From: Macrostomum lignano
Lineage: Eukaryota
Direction: 5' to 3'
Length of the DNA: 64,000 bases
Assembly: GCA_002269645.1 (NCBI GenBank)
Contig: NIVC01001481.1
Coordinates: 62,001-126,000, forward strand
Positions within the stretch are counted from its first letter, which is position 1, and each line of letters begins with the position of its first letter. Positions 1 through 12,349 of this stretch are shown in pieces. The notes beneath the pieces are model-generated. The model was given only the letters and a program-made list of their open reading frames with translations, did no database searches and was not told the DNA's origin. The position numbers were made by a program, and so were the translations under genes.

Positions 1-589
1 TCCGCCGCTCTCATATCTTGGAGAGGGAGTGGATAGCCAATCAGAGCTCTTCGCCGCTCTCATATTTTGGGGAGGGGGTGGATAGCCAATCAGAGCTCTC
101 CGCCGCTCTCATATCTTGGAGAGGGAGTGGATAGCCAATCAGAGCTCTCCGCCGCTCTCATATCTTGGGGAGGGAGTGGATAGCTAATCAGAGCTCTCTG
201 CCGCTCTCATATCTTGGAGAGGGAGTGGATAGCCAATCAGAGCTCTTCGCCGCTCTCATATTTTGGGGAGGGAGTGGATAGCCAATCAGAGCTCTCCGCC
301 GCTCTCATATCTTGGGGAGGGAGTGGATAGCCAATCAGAGCTCTCCGCCGCTCTCATATCTTGGAGAGGGAGTGGATAGCCAATCAGAGCTCTCCGCCGC
401 TCTCATATCTTGGGGAGGGAGTGGATAGCCAATCAGAGCTCTCCGCCGCTCTCATATCTTGGGGAGGGAGTGGATAGCCAATCAGAGCTCTCCGCCGCTC
501 TCATATCTTGGGTTGGGAGTGGATAGCCAATCAGAGCTCTCCGCCGCTCTTATATCTTGGGAAGGTAGTGGATAGCCAACCAGAGCTCT
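1..589. repeat. 49-bp tandem minisatellite (~12 copies, runs off the left edge)
   Basis: Unit TCCGCCGCTCTCATATCTTGG(A/G)GAGGGAGTGGATAGCCAATCAGAGCTC recurs with 49-nt period; each unit contains AGCCAATCAG. Confidence 0.95.
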
Positions 590-1072
590 GAAATGACACA
601 ACATCCATCTGAATTGGTATTAGAGCTAGTTGAATAAAATTTATTAAAGAAATAGCATCAATCAGCCAGGCAAAAAAAAACTGTTAGGAAAGCACCAGAA
701 TGATGCTATTAAGTTCGTCGTATATTTAGATAAAAAAAGATTTTATCCGGACAATTTAAAGCAGAAATTTTGAGGCAGTGGCTTATTTTTGCTTCTCCTG
801 CCTTAGTTGACAAGCGTTAACTACTTACTCGCAATGAAAAAAACAAGTAAACTCCAACGAATGTGTTTAAAAGTATAGGATAAATGGCCCACAAAGCGGT
901 AATTCTGGCTGCTTTAATTTTTCAATACCTAGGGCTCAAAGTTTTTATAGGAAAATATAATCGGCCTCTAGTAATGGATCACAGAAGTACACTATATAGA
1001 CGGCAATGTCTGGATAACCGGACTCAGTCACTGATCGGACCTCCCGATAGCCCGACAAAATTTCCAAGCCTC

Positions 1073-1300
1073 TCACTCCACATCTTTGAGGTCGGCTGGC
1101 AGCTCCATCTTGGGGTGCTTGGCCTCGAAGTGCATCTTGTAGGTCTTGATGTCCCCGATCTGAGCCTTGCACACGGTGCAGGTGTACACCAGAGCCTTCT
1201 GAGCTGCCTTCTTCTGGTCAGAGCCTTGCGACTTTTTCATTGCGGCTTTCTTCTCAGCGTTTTTCTGCTGCGACTGGATCTTCTGGTGACCGCGGGCCAT
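1073..1300 (-). CDS. ZNF706: Zinc finger protein 706-like (single C2H2 finger), 75 aa, intronless CDS
   Basis: MARGHQKIQSQQKNA...DQKKAAQKALVYTCTVCKAQ...YKMHFEAKHPK matches the conserved ZNF706 family. Confidence 0.93.
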   Translation of the reverse strand: MARGHQKIQSQQKNAEKKAAMKKSQGSDQKKAAQKALVYTCTVCKAQIGDIKTYKMHFEAKHPKMELPADLKDVE

Positions 1301-1351
1301 CTCTGTCCGGGCTCAGCGATTGGCTGCGGTGGTGGGCACAAGCGGCTTACT

Positions 1352-1353
1352 TA

Positions 1354-1396
<43 letters not shown>

Positions 1397-1469
1397 GCCT
1401 GCCTGTCTGTCTGCCTGTCTGTCTGTCTGTCTGCCTGCCTGCCTGCCTGCCTGTCTGTCTGTCTGTATG

Positions 1470-1555
<86 letters not shown>

Positions 1556-1560
1556 GGTCT

Positions 1561-1618
<58 letters not shown>

Positions 1619-1639
1619 TAATCAATCAATTAATCAATT

Positions 1640-1687
<48 letters not shown>

Positions 1688-1704
1688 TATCTATCTATCT
1701 TTTT

Positions 1705-1743
<39 letters not shown>

Positions 1744-1760
1744 GTCTACCAATCTACCAA
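1352..1760. repeat. Compound tetranucleotide microsatellite (TCTG)n-(TGCC)n-(CAAT)n-(CTAT)n
   Basis: Read directly; starts about 50 nt upstream of the ZNF706 ATG. Confidence 0.95.
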
Positions 1761-3552
1761 TCTATTTATTACATCATATTATAACCAATTTAAAAAAAGC
1801 GAGTAGTCTGCATGCCCGTAAAGAAGGAGCAAATCTAAGCGCACAGAAGCTTCAACAAAGTGTATTGAGAAGTCTGAAAATTCAAACTTTCTGGGCATTT
1901 TTAAGACAGGGATGACAAAATAAACAGAATTCGGTCGCGGCAATAACTGTTTAATATGGCCGCGCGTGTGATAGCAAAGTTAAAGCATTTCAAAAATAAT
2001 TATCGAACCAGCAATGAAACAATATATCGAATTTAGATGAGGTAAAATATACAAATATATATGCAAAAATAACCTGTGGCGAATGACTGATGGCCATGGA
2101 CCTTCACAATTTTTTACATGCATGAAATTTTCATTCAACAAACGGATCAAAACAGAAAAGTCCCAACACCCAAAACAGTATAAAACATCACTGCCTTAAG
2201 TATATTTTATCAAGTGCGAAGTTTAAACTACTTACTAAGTAGTATTCTGGAGTATAAAAGAACGAAAAATACAAATTTAGAAGTCCTTAGCAGACAAGAT
2301 TAGCTGCTAAGAAGAAAATAAACTACATGTGGAGCGGAATATACATTAAGCTTAATAGCCATAACCACTTAACAATAGGAGCTCAATAATGCGACTTTGA
2401 GCAGTTTGCGCTCAAATGGATGCCAAGCTTAAGAGTTAGTTAGAGAAGCTTTAGTCTATGGTCGAAACCCATGCCTAATTATCCACTGAATTGAGAGACT
2501 TCCAGACTTGCTATCTATCTCGCAGACAACATCGAATTCAGACAATTCAGACTGGGGCAACGCTTACGGAAAATCAATAGAAACAAACCTCAGTTCAAAA
2601 CATTCTGCCACCAAGGCAAGGTTTAGCCATAGACAAAATTGTACCCAGTCTGAATCGTCTGAATTGAATTTCCGCTAGTTTTTTTAGAACTGGACTTTGA
2701 TCAAAATTGAACGTGAAAAGGTGTAGAATATTCTAGAATATTTTGACGTCTATGTGCATATAAACAGACTCTTTAAACTGAAACTTTATCCGATTATATA
2801 CTTACTTTTGTCTTCATTTAGACACAGGTAAAATCAAATTGTCTGCCTTTCATAAACATGTTTTGAAATTCTCTACTTTGCTTGTTTTTTTAACCAGAGA
2901 GCAGAGCCTTAGTCAGTTGGCTTTGGCCTGTGGGAGAGTGACAGCTTAAAATTGCGAGCGGTCGGCTTGATGGCTTTATTGTTTATGGCCGAGAGCTGTG
3001 CTTTATCACCTATCAGTGGCTTATCTAGCCTGGGATTCGATCATAAACTAAACAATTTGACCGACTGTCAAACTTGCAGCTTCCCAAAGTTGAAACCAAC
3101 AGATACCAGAATAACTACATGGGCCACTCAGCACACCCGCGTGCAAGCCACTTTCAGTTCAGTAGCAAAGAAGAATATATAAGCTATTTTATAAAAATAA
3201 AGGCAGCTAAAATGTCTTTGATAAGTTTAGAAGCCCAAGCTTGCAGGCGTAAACAACTTGCTAATTGGTTCAGTAATGTACATTAGCCAGTCCACTGAAA
3301 TGTACATGGCAGCTTTAGGCTGGAATTCCGAGAAAGGCAATAAAAATTGGGGTGGGGCGGGGGGTAGTGTGGAAAGGCGCGGTTGCAAGGTTTAAGCTGG
3401 GGGGGAGGGTGAGAGCCAATAAATGGGCCTTGGCTTTAAAGATACATTAAAATGCTTCAGTTTAAGCTACTACTGAACTGAAAGCAGCTCACACGCAAAT
3501 GTGCTGAGTGGCCCATTTAGTTATTCTAGTTTCTGTGGTTAAAACCAATGCT

Positions 3553-3951
3553 TTAACAATTCACGCTAAGCACCTTGGCTCGCTGCTGCATCCAGGCGCG
3601 ATACCAGACTACAAATTCGCAGCTCCTGTCCTCGCAGGAGTCGCAGCCGGGCACAGTCATACTAGCCTTAAATTTGTACTTCATTCCAGACACCACCTGC
3701 TGCTGGGCCTGGCTCACTCGGCCTACGGTAGCTTTCACACTGGAATCTCCATCAGATGAAGCTAGCCGGGCGTTGTACTCAGCGGCAGCTGCATCCAGGC
3801 ACTCGCGAAATACGTCGCTATCCATATCAGACTGCTTCATCTGGCTCCAGCCGCCGAGGATCGCGTTGTGAGCATTGGCTAGGCAGCTGGAAACAAGCAC
3901 TGCGACAGTTACAGCTGTTAGCAGTGCACCGAGCTTGTTGCTAACCTGCAT
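3553..3951 (-). CDS. Secreted type 2 cystatin (cysteine protease inhibitor), 132 aa, intronless CDS
   Basis: Hydrophobic signal peptide, N-terminal GG, QVVSG (QxVxG) loop, paired cysteines, and VWYRAW in place of the PW loop. Confidence 0.9.
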   Translation of the reverse strand: MQVSNKLGALLTAVTVAVLVSSCLANAHNAILGGWSQMKQSDMDSDVFRECLDAAAAEYNARLASSDGDSSVKATVGRVSQAQQQVVSGMKYKFKASMTVPGCDSCEDRSCEFVVWYRAWMQQRAKVLSVNC

Positions 3952-4036
3952 GGCTGATTTGTGAGAGCAAGTTGCAAGCTGAAAAATATAATAAACGGGA
4001 GAGTTGTGGTAGTTTTCTCATATATACTACTATTAG

Positions 4037-4684
4037 TCTCTGACATCTATTCTCTCCCCTATTCCTGTCTCTGACATCTATTCTCTATCACATTCCTGTC
4101 TCTGACATCTATTCTCTATCACATTCCTGTCTCTGACATCTATTCTCTATCACACTCCTGTCTCTGACATCTATTCACTCCCACATTCCTGTCCCTGACA
4201 TCTATTTTCTCCCATATTTCTGTCTCTGACATCTATTCTCTCCCCATTCCTGTCTCTGACATCTATTCTCTATCACATTCCTGTCTCAGACATCTATTCT
4301 CTATCACATTCCTGTCTCTGACATCTATTCACTTCCACATTCCTGTCCCTGACATCTATTTTCTCCCATATTTCTGTCTCTGACATCTATTCTCTCCCCT
4401 ATTCCTGTCTCTGACATCTATTCTCTATCACATTCCTGTCTCTGACATCTATTCTCTATCACATTCCTGTCTCTGACATCTATTCTCTCCCACATTCCTG
4501 TCCCTGACATCTATTTTCTCCCATATTTCTGTCTCTGACATCTATTCTCTCCCATATTCCTGTCTCTGACATCTATTCTCTCCCCATTCCTGTCTCTGAC
4601 ATCTATTCTCTACCACATTCCTGTCCCTGACATCTATTCTCTCCCACATTCCTGTCTCTGACATCTATTCTCTCTACATTCCTG
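4037..4684. repeat. 31-bp tandem minisatellite (~21 copies)
   Basis: Unit TCTGACATCTATTCTCTATCACATTCCTGTC with point variants; lies between NDUFC2 and the cystatin. Confidence 0.95.
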
Positions 4685-5033
4685 CAAACATGACAACGCT
4701 AGGTTCAAGCACATACTAAACAAAAGTAAGATAGAAAATAGAGTGGACAAGTCAACCACAACAAACTTTTTAGCCAGTTCGTCCAGGCATTTGAAAAAGA
4801 GCATAACAAGTTGATTTATATTAGCTAAATAGCAGTTTTGAATATACACTAGGCATGGCCTATTATTCCACTGTCACTACGGGAACTAAAGAGCCCATCT
4901 AATCTAAGGGACGCTACACACTTTTAAACCTATATACTAAGATGTATTGAATAGGATGACGACATTTTCTAAAAATAGAACAGAGAGCATTCAAAAATCT
5001 GCCTTGCTCCCTCCTACTCAAGCATTAGGTTAA

Positions 5034-5399
5034 TTAACGCTTCGGCACCCAAGGATCGAGCACCTCGCCCCAGCGCAGCCGCCTGGTCTCCGGGTAAAGC
5101 TCCGGGTGAGTTCGCTTGAAGTCGGCCACGTAGGCGGCTCGCATTTTGAGCTCATTATTCCAGTACACGTCTAGCAAATAGCCGGCGGTAAACACAGCGG
5201 CTGTGCCAACCAGACCCTGCGGCAGCTGGTAGAACCAGGGCGCTTTTAAATAAGCATTGCGGCACAGCCAGGCCACAGCTGTCATGCCGGCCATATAGTG
5301 TCCGGTTGTAGGCGCGCTAGATAGGGCCGCTTTCATTGATAGAGCGTCCACTTCCGGCCCGACAGAGGACACTGGGGCGGGACTGTCCTCGCTAGGCAT
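5034..5399 (-). CDS. NDUFC2: NADH:ubiquinone oxidoreductase subunit C2 (B14.5b), 121 aa, intronless CDS
   Basis: Two TM-like segments, then AGYLLD...HPELYPETRRLRWGEVLDPWVPKR, matching the NDUFC2 C-terminus (HPEDFP...YGEI...FHPIR). Confidence 0.85.
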   Translation of the reverse strand: MPSEDSPAPVSSVGPEVDALSMKAALSSAPTTGHYMAGMTAVAWLCRNAYLKAPWFYQLPQGLVGTAAVFTAGYLLDVYWNNELKMRAAYVADFKRTHPELYPETRRLRWGEVLDPWVPKR

Positions 5400-6451
5400 G
5401 GTTGGCGGTTTTACAGCTGAAAAAAAACAAATTATAAATGCTTTGTATTGAGTTCAAGATTTTCATTTTTAGTATATTAGACTAGCAATTCGACCCCCTT
5501 CAGGGAGCAAAAGTACGCAAATAATGAGCTGAGAATTTTCCATTTCCAATTGGCAATAGAAAATAGCTAGTTAAGCCCTATTCTTTGATTTATCAATATA
5601 TTCTAGTACTTAGGCCAGGAAGCCTCCTAGATTCAATTGCGTCGAGACCCAGTGTCGTTGCAGGTAACACAGGTAAAACAGGACAAGAAGTCTTCTAAGA
5701 GTCGCCTAAGAGTCAGTTTGAGGCGTGATAACAACTCTATTTAGTCTACTTGAGTTAGTAGACAGTTAAGCGCTAACAAAACGACTCTTGGACGACTCTA
5801 CGATTCTACAACTCAAGTGATGCGCTTGTGACTCAACAGTGTGCATTACAGTCAAAGGAGTCACCCCAGAGTCGCTAGAGTCATTACTGAGTTGTTTGCA
5901 GACAATATTTAGCGATTTTTGTTACGGTGAAGTTCTTAACAGCTAATGACTATTGATTATTAGCCTAGTACATAAATACCAAAAAACCTGGATTAAGTTA
6001 GCTCATAATTCATGCCGTAGAGAATAATATATTTCTCGAACTGTCAGATTCAACAATATGCAAGCAAGGCGTGATTATAAAAAAACTTGGAAGCAATAAT
6101 AACGATATTGCAATGTACAGCATGCAACAACAAATGCCAATGTATAATACACACATGTATACACTCATAATTGCTTAATAAAACTTTAACTGCAGTAAAA
6201 ACACGTGTATTGTTATTACACTGATGATTAACTAGAAAAGCTACAACTCAGACTAATGTGACTAGACAATGCAGAGGGGGGTACAGAAATTCAAATTATT
6301 AATAATTAAAGCTGTAGACTGAGCGAAAAAAGCTCTGGTATAGGCATGAGTGATAAGCTTAAGTCAGTATTCCGACTAGTAACAGCAGTAACAAATATAA
6401 GTCGCATTTTTAAACAAGAAGTGGTCCTTGCAGGACTATATAAGCAGTAAG

Positions 6452-7354
6452 CAGTGTGGGGGCAGATAAGCAGATGGCAGCTCACTGCAGGATCAGTGTG
6501 GGAGCAGATAAGCACATGGCAGCTCACTGCAGAATCAGTGTGGGGCAGATAAGCAGATGGCAGCTCACTGCAGGATCAGTGTGGGGCAGATAAGCAGATG
6601 GCAGCTCACTGCAGGATCAGTGTGGGGCAGATAAGCAGATGGCAGCTCACTGCAGGATCAGTGTGGGGCAGATAAGCACACGGCAGCTCACTGCAGGACC
6701 AGTGTGGGGCAGATAAGCACACGGCAGCTCACTGCAGGATCAGTGTGGGGCAGATAAGCACACGGCAGCTCACTGCAGGACCAGTGTGGGGCAGATAAGC
6801 AAATGGCAGCTCACTGCAGGACCAGTGTGGGGCAGATAAGCACACGGCAGCTCACTGCAGGATCAGTGTGGGGCAGATAAGCACACGGCAGCTCACTGCA
6901 GGACCAGTGTGGGGCAGATAAGCACACGGCAGCTCACTGCAGGATCAGTGTGGGGCAGATAAGCACACGGCAGCTCACTGCAGGACCAGTGTGGGGCAGA
7001 TAAGCAAATGGCAGCTCACTGCAGGACCAGTGTGGGGCAGATAAGCACACGGCAGCTCACTGCAGGACTAGTGTGGGGGCAGATAAGCACACGGCAGCTC
7101 ACTGCAGGACCAGTGTGGGGCAGATAAGCAAATAGCAGCTCACTGCAGGATCAGTGTGGGGCAGATAAGCAGATGACAGCTCACTGCAGGATCAGTGTGG
7201 GGCAGATAAGCAAATAGCAGCTCACTGCAGGATCAGTGTGGGGCAGATAAGCAGGTGGCAGCTCACTGCAGGATCAGTGTGGGGGCAGATAAGCAGATGG
7301 CAGCTCACTGCAGGATCAGTGTGTGGGGCAGATAAGCAGATGACAGCTCACTGC
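6452..7354. repeat. 41-bp tandem minisatellite (~22 copies) just past the MAGUK stop codon
   Basis: Unit CAGTGTGGGGCAGATAAGCAGATGGCAGCTCACTGCAGGAT. Confidence 0.95.
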
Positions 7355-7366
7355 CTCAGAGCCAGC

Positions 7367-10300
7367 TCATAGCCAGTGCTTGGGCACATAGGAGAAGTCA
7401 GTTTCCAATCGATAAGCCAGCTCAGACAGAGTCTCCAGCGCTACTGGCAAATCGTCATTAACCAAGGTAAAGTCGATCAGGTGGGCGCAGGCCGATTCCA
7501 TGCGCTGGCCCTCAATGACCATGGCCTCGAGTTCGGACAGAGTCAGCTGGCGCCCAGTATCGTACAGGCTGTCCTGCTGCTGCAGCAGATGCGGCGCCCT
7601 GGTCTCTCTGAGCACGTCCAACGGAGGCGGCTTAACGTAGACAACGAAAGCTCGAAGCGACGGAGTGCGCAGGCCCAGTAGGCAGTGAGGCGGCGGCCCG
7701 TGCGGCACGCAGACTGGCACGCGGCCATCGCGGAGCAGTTTAGTCAGCGAGTCGACTGGCAGAGCCCAGGTCTCGTTGCCGCCGTCCTCTGTCCACTGTT
7801 CGGCCAGGCGGCCGGCTTCGGCTAGGGCCCGGATTTGAGCGGCCGTGAGAGACACGAATGGTTCCGGGCGCTGCTGAGATCGGGTGGAGACAAGCACAGG
7901 CAGAGCAAAGTGTTCCCGATCCGTGCCAACCAGCTGTCTGGCCAGTTCTCGCCGGCCAACACCGGACGGTCCGATCAGCACTAGCGGCCGGTAGGGCGGC
8001 ACAGGCGAACCAGTTGGGCCGTCCGGCTGGCCGGGATAAAATCGGCCGAGCTCTTCGTAGAATTGCGGCGGCGGCTGCTGCTGGTCGGAGCCGGAGCTGT
8101 CTGCTTTTTTAGAAAGTACAAATAGTAAAAAATAGCTTAGCATGCTACTTAACAGCGAGGTGACTAGTAGTATCAACTGCGAAGTTTTCGTTAATTAGAC
8201 TGTGTCATATCGGCGCTACATTTGCCCAATTGGCGCCACATAAACCCTAGTTGGCGCTGGGTGCATGGGATTTTGGCACCAAATAATCCCTAGTTGGCGC
8301 TGGGTGCATGGGATTTTGGCACCAAATAATCCCTAGTTGGCGCTGGGTGCATGGCGCTGGGTGCATGGGATTTTGGCGCCACATGATCCCTAGTTGGCGC
8401 TGGGTGCATGGGATTTTGGCGCCACATGATCCCTAGTTGGCGCTGGGTGCATGGGATTTTGGCGCCCTATAATCCCTAGTTGGCGCTGGGTGCATGGGAT
8501 TTTGGCGCCACATGATCCCTAGTTGGCGCTGGGTGCATGGGATTTTGGCGCCCTATAATCCCTAGTTGGCGCTGGGTGCATGGGATTTTGGCGCCAAATG
8601 ATCCCTAGTTGGCGCTGGGTGCATGGGATTTTGGCGCCCTATAATCCCTAGTTGGCGCTGGGTGCATGGGATTTTGGCGCCCTATAATCCCTAGTTGGCG
8701 CTGGGTGCATGGGATTTTGGCGCCACATGATCCCTAGTTGGCGCTTGGTGCATGGGATTTTGGCGCCCTATAATCCCTAGTTGGCGCTGGGTGCATGGGA
8801 TTTTGGCGCCACATGATCCCTAGTTGGCGCTGGGTGCATGGGATTTTGGCGCCAAATGATCCCTAGTTGGCGCTGGGTGCATGGGATTTTGGCGCCCTAT
8901 AATCCCTAGTTGCGTTGGGTGCATGGGATTTTGGCACCCTATAATCCCTAGTTGGCGTTGGGTGCATGGGATTTTGGTGCCCTATAATCCCTAGTTGGCG
9001 TTGGGTGCACGGGAGTTTCGCCCCACATAATCTCTATTTGGCTTTGTGTACACACACGTACACATGGCTGCTGTACACAAATACATGAAGTTGAGAAGCG
9101 CTATAAAAATCTTCACCTAACAAAATGAAATCAAGCTTCGCCACACTTCCACTAACCTCGATGCGCCGTTGCCGGAGATGAAGGCGACGAAGTGGCCGAG
9201 GACGCCGTGGACTTTACACTCGATCTTCGGCCCTGCTGCTGCTGCTGTTGTTGAAGCTGCTGCTGCTTTTGATACCGCCGAAGCAGCAGATCCGTGCTGG
9301 GCACCAGACCGGCTCGCCGCCTGGCGTCGCCCTCCTTGATCGCCTGCCACCAATCGCCGTCCTCGCGATTAACCAGCTGCAAGATGTCGCCTAGCCGCAG
9401 ACAGAGTCCAGCCTCTTGGCACGGTATGAGCCCGTCATCCGCTGGGTTGTAGTTGAATAGCACTCGCACGGTGGCCGGACTGACACCGACTTGTTGCTGT
9501 CCGCCGCTGCTGACGCTCCCAACGCCTCCAGCTGTTGACGAGGATCTGCGCTCAGACGGCAGTACGGAGAGTCGGACGTTGCCACGGGCGGTGGTCAGCA
9601 TTCGAATAGCCGTCATGGGGTCCTGGCCGGCCACTAGCACCTGAGAATGAGTAAATGCCAATTTCCAATGCATTAGCCTTTCATTACACAAACATTTTAA
9701 TACACTTGGCCACCACTGATCTGCCCGCTAGCTAGATGCCTCACTGATCTGCCCGCTAGCTAGATGCCTCACTGATCTGCCCGCTAGCTAGATGCCTCAC
9801 TGATCTGCCCGCTAGCTAGATGCCTCACTGATCTACCCGCTAGCTAGATGCCTCACTGATCTGCCCGCTAGCTAGATGCCTCACTGATCTGCCCGCTAGC
9901 TAGATGCCTCACTGATCTGCCCGCTAGCTAGATGCCTCACTGATCTGCCCGCTAGCTAGATGCCTCACTGATCTGCCCGCTAGCTAGATGCCTCACTGAT
10001 CTGCCCGCTAGCTAGATGCCTCACTGATCTGCCCGCTAGCTAGATGCCTCACTGATCTGCCCGCTAGCTAGATGCCTCACTGATCTGCCCGCTAGCTAGA
10101 TGCCTCACTGATCTGCCCGCTAGCTAGATGCCTCACTGATCTGCCCGCTAGCTAGATGCCTCACTGATCTGCCCGCTAGCTAGATGCCTCACTGATCTGC
10201 CCGCTAGCTAGATGCCTCACTGATCTGCCCGCTAGCTAGATGCCTCACTGATCTGCCCGCTAGCTAGATGCCTCACTGATCTACCCGCTAGCTAGATGCC

Positions 10301-11865
10301 TCACTGATCTGCCCGCTAGCTAGATGCCTCACTGATCTGCCCGCTAGCTAGATTCCAGACTGATCTGCCCGCTAGCTAGATGCCTCACTGATCTACCCGC
10401 TAGCTAGATGCCTCACTGATCTGCCCGCTAGCTAGAGGCCTCACTGATCTGCCCGCTAGCTAGATGCCTCACTGATCTACCCGCTAGCTAGATGCCTCAC
10501 TGATCTGCCCGCTAGCTAGATGCCTCACTGATCTGCCCGCTAGCTAGACCCGTGAACAGACAGACCCCAAGATACAAGCCGATCAGTCAAACCTGATTGA
10601 CAGCTTGAACTTCGTCCCCGGCCTGCAGCAGGTCGCTGCGATCAGCCAGCCCTCCGTGCATCACCCGGGCGATGAGGATGGCCCCGGTTCGCTCATTAAT
10701 CTTAATAGTGGCGCCTAGCGGCTCGTCCTGCTTCACCAACTCGACAATTTTCACGCTAACATCGTCTTCATCGACTTCGTGAGGCACGGGCGATAGTCTA
10801 GGGCCGTAGGTACGATTAGCTAGGTCATCGTGACACTGGATCAAGGCTTTCATATGCGGCTTGCGCAATAGATGTACCAATTCGTGACAGCCTTCGGCGT
10901 GCGGATGGCAGCGCAAATAGTCGTAGGCCTGCGATTTGGGCAATGCGCAAGGCAATTTGAATATCAAATTATTTTATTTCTGGCGGAGGGGTTGCTTTTG
11001 TCTAGTTGCGAATGGCTTAGTGAAAATTACTAAGCTAGAAACCTGTGCGAAAGCCTATTAGAGAACAGACACCTGTGCGGAAGACTCTAACAGTATTAGG
11101 GAGCAGACACCTGGGCGAAAGCCTATTAGGGAACAGACACCTGTACGAAAGCCTATTAGGGAGCAGACACCTGGGCGAAAGCCTATTAGGGAACAGACAC
11201 CTGTGCGAAAGCCTATTAGGGAGCAGACACCTGGGCGAAAGCTTATTAGGGAGCAGACACCTGGGCGAAAGCTTATTAGGGAGCAGACACATGGGCGATA
11301 TCCTCTTATTAGGGAACAGATACCTGGGCGATAGCCTCTTATTAGGGAACAGACACCTGGACGATAGCCTCTACTTAGGGAGCAGACACCTGGGCGAAAG
11401 CCTATTAGGGAGCAGACACATGGGCGATAGCCTCTTATTAGGGAACAGACACCTGGACGATAGCCTCTACTTAGGGAGCAGATACCTGGGCGATAGCCTA
11501 ATTAAGGGAACAGATACCTGAGTGATAGACATGATTAGCAAACATGAGCTAATCTGATAGTGCCATTGAGTTAATAATCTATATGTTTATAAACATGTCT
11601 ACTTTATCAAGAAACACACGATACAAATAGAAAAAATGGCATTAATCACCTCGACAACATCCTCTAGTGCGCTCGGCGTGACAGGAGCCACTCGTCTAGC
11701 CAGATAGCCTTCAAGAATGTCGCACAATTTCACTACTGCATTCATATTTGCATCATTAGAAAACTGCTGTAAAAACTCCTTATCATCGGATGACAATGAG
11801 CCACTTTTAATTAGAGACTCCATTGATAATGGCGAGTCACAGATTCCCTGCTGCAGTTGCAACAT
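7367..11865 (-). CDS. MPP7: MAGUK p55-subfamily scaffold, MPP7-like (L27-L27-PDZ-SH3-GUK); exons 11865-11650, 10928-10593, 9640-9157, 8100-7367; ~589 aa
   Basis: LLRKPHMKALIQCHD and VKIVELVKQDEPLGATIK..TGAILIARVMHGGLADRS match MPP7; SH3 (LFNYNPADD..IPCQEAGL..WWQA) and GUK (RPLVLIGPSGVGRREL) present. All three GT-AG introns are phase-compatible (0,0,1) and the total is 1770 nt. Additional upstream exons cannot be excluded. Confidence 0.85.
8242..9030. repeat. 43-bp tandem minisatellite in MAGUK intron 3
   Basis: Unit AATCCCTAGTTGGCGCTGGGTGCATGGGATTTTGGCGCCCTAT, ~18 copies. Confidence 0.95.
9714..10548. repeat. 28-bp tandem minisatellite in MAGUK intron 2
   Basis: Unit CACTGATCTGCCCGCTAGCTAGATGCCT, ~30 near-identical copies. 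Confidence 0.95.
11040..11520. repeat. 30-33-bp tandem minisatellite in MAGUK intron 1
   Basis: Unit GCGAAAGCCTATTAGGGAGCAGACACCTGG with longer variants toward 11500. Confidence 0.93.
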
Positions 11866-12349
11866 TTGAAATTGCTTCTTAATAAAACTAGTTACAAAAA
11901 TATTCTAATTTCAATTTTAACTACGCCCTATAAGCAATTTATGAGTACCTGAATTTCATATGACCTAAATGACAGATGCTACGAATTTGTTCTAGGGTAA
12001 AAAATAATTAGTAATAAACATTCATGAATGTGTGCCTTAGATCCTGTTGTCCTGTGCCTATTTCTACAATTTATTTGACTATATATATATAAATATAAAT
12101 ATATATATTTCGTTGGAATATATAGTTTTCTATAAATATAGTTTTCTTGCAATCTCAATCTATTTAATTGATTTAAATTTCTCTTAACCAGTCATTTTGT
12201 ATCCCTAAAAAGAGTATAAGTTACAATTATTAAACAATTAGCTATATGAAATCTTCTATAACAAGCTTAGCTAAGACAAAGGTGATATTTCATTCTTTTC
12301 AAAAAGATGAGGCTCTTAAAGCTTTGTAAATAAAATCCAATCCATTTTC

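Noticed and set aside
884-1784. Long ORFs of LSVC/PACL/INQS repeats
   Set aside because: Translations of tetranucleotide microsatellites; the real gene is the 75-aa ZNF706 on the - strand.
5620-5910. GAGTC/GACTC-rich cluster suggestive of a MITE
   Set aside because: I could not define TIRs or a TSD.
1-11520. CRISPR-like regular repeats (28-49-bp units)
   Set aside because: Units are head-to-tail with no unique spacers, no cas genes, and a eukaryotic spliced-gene context.
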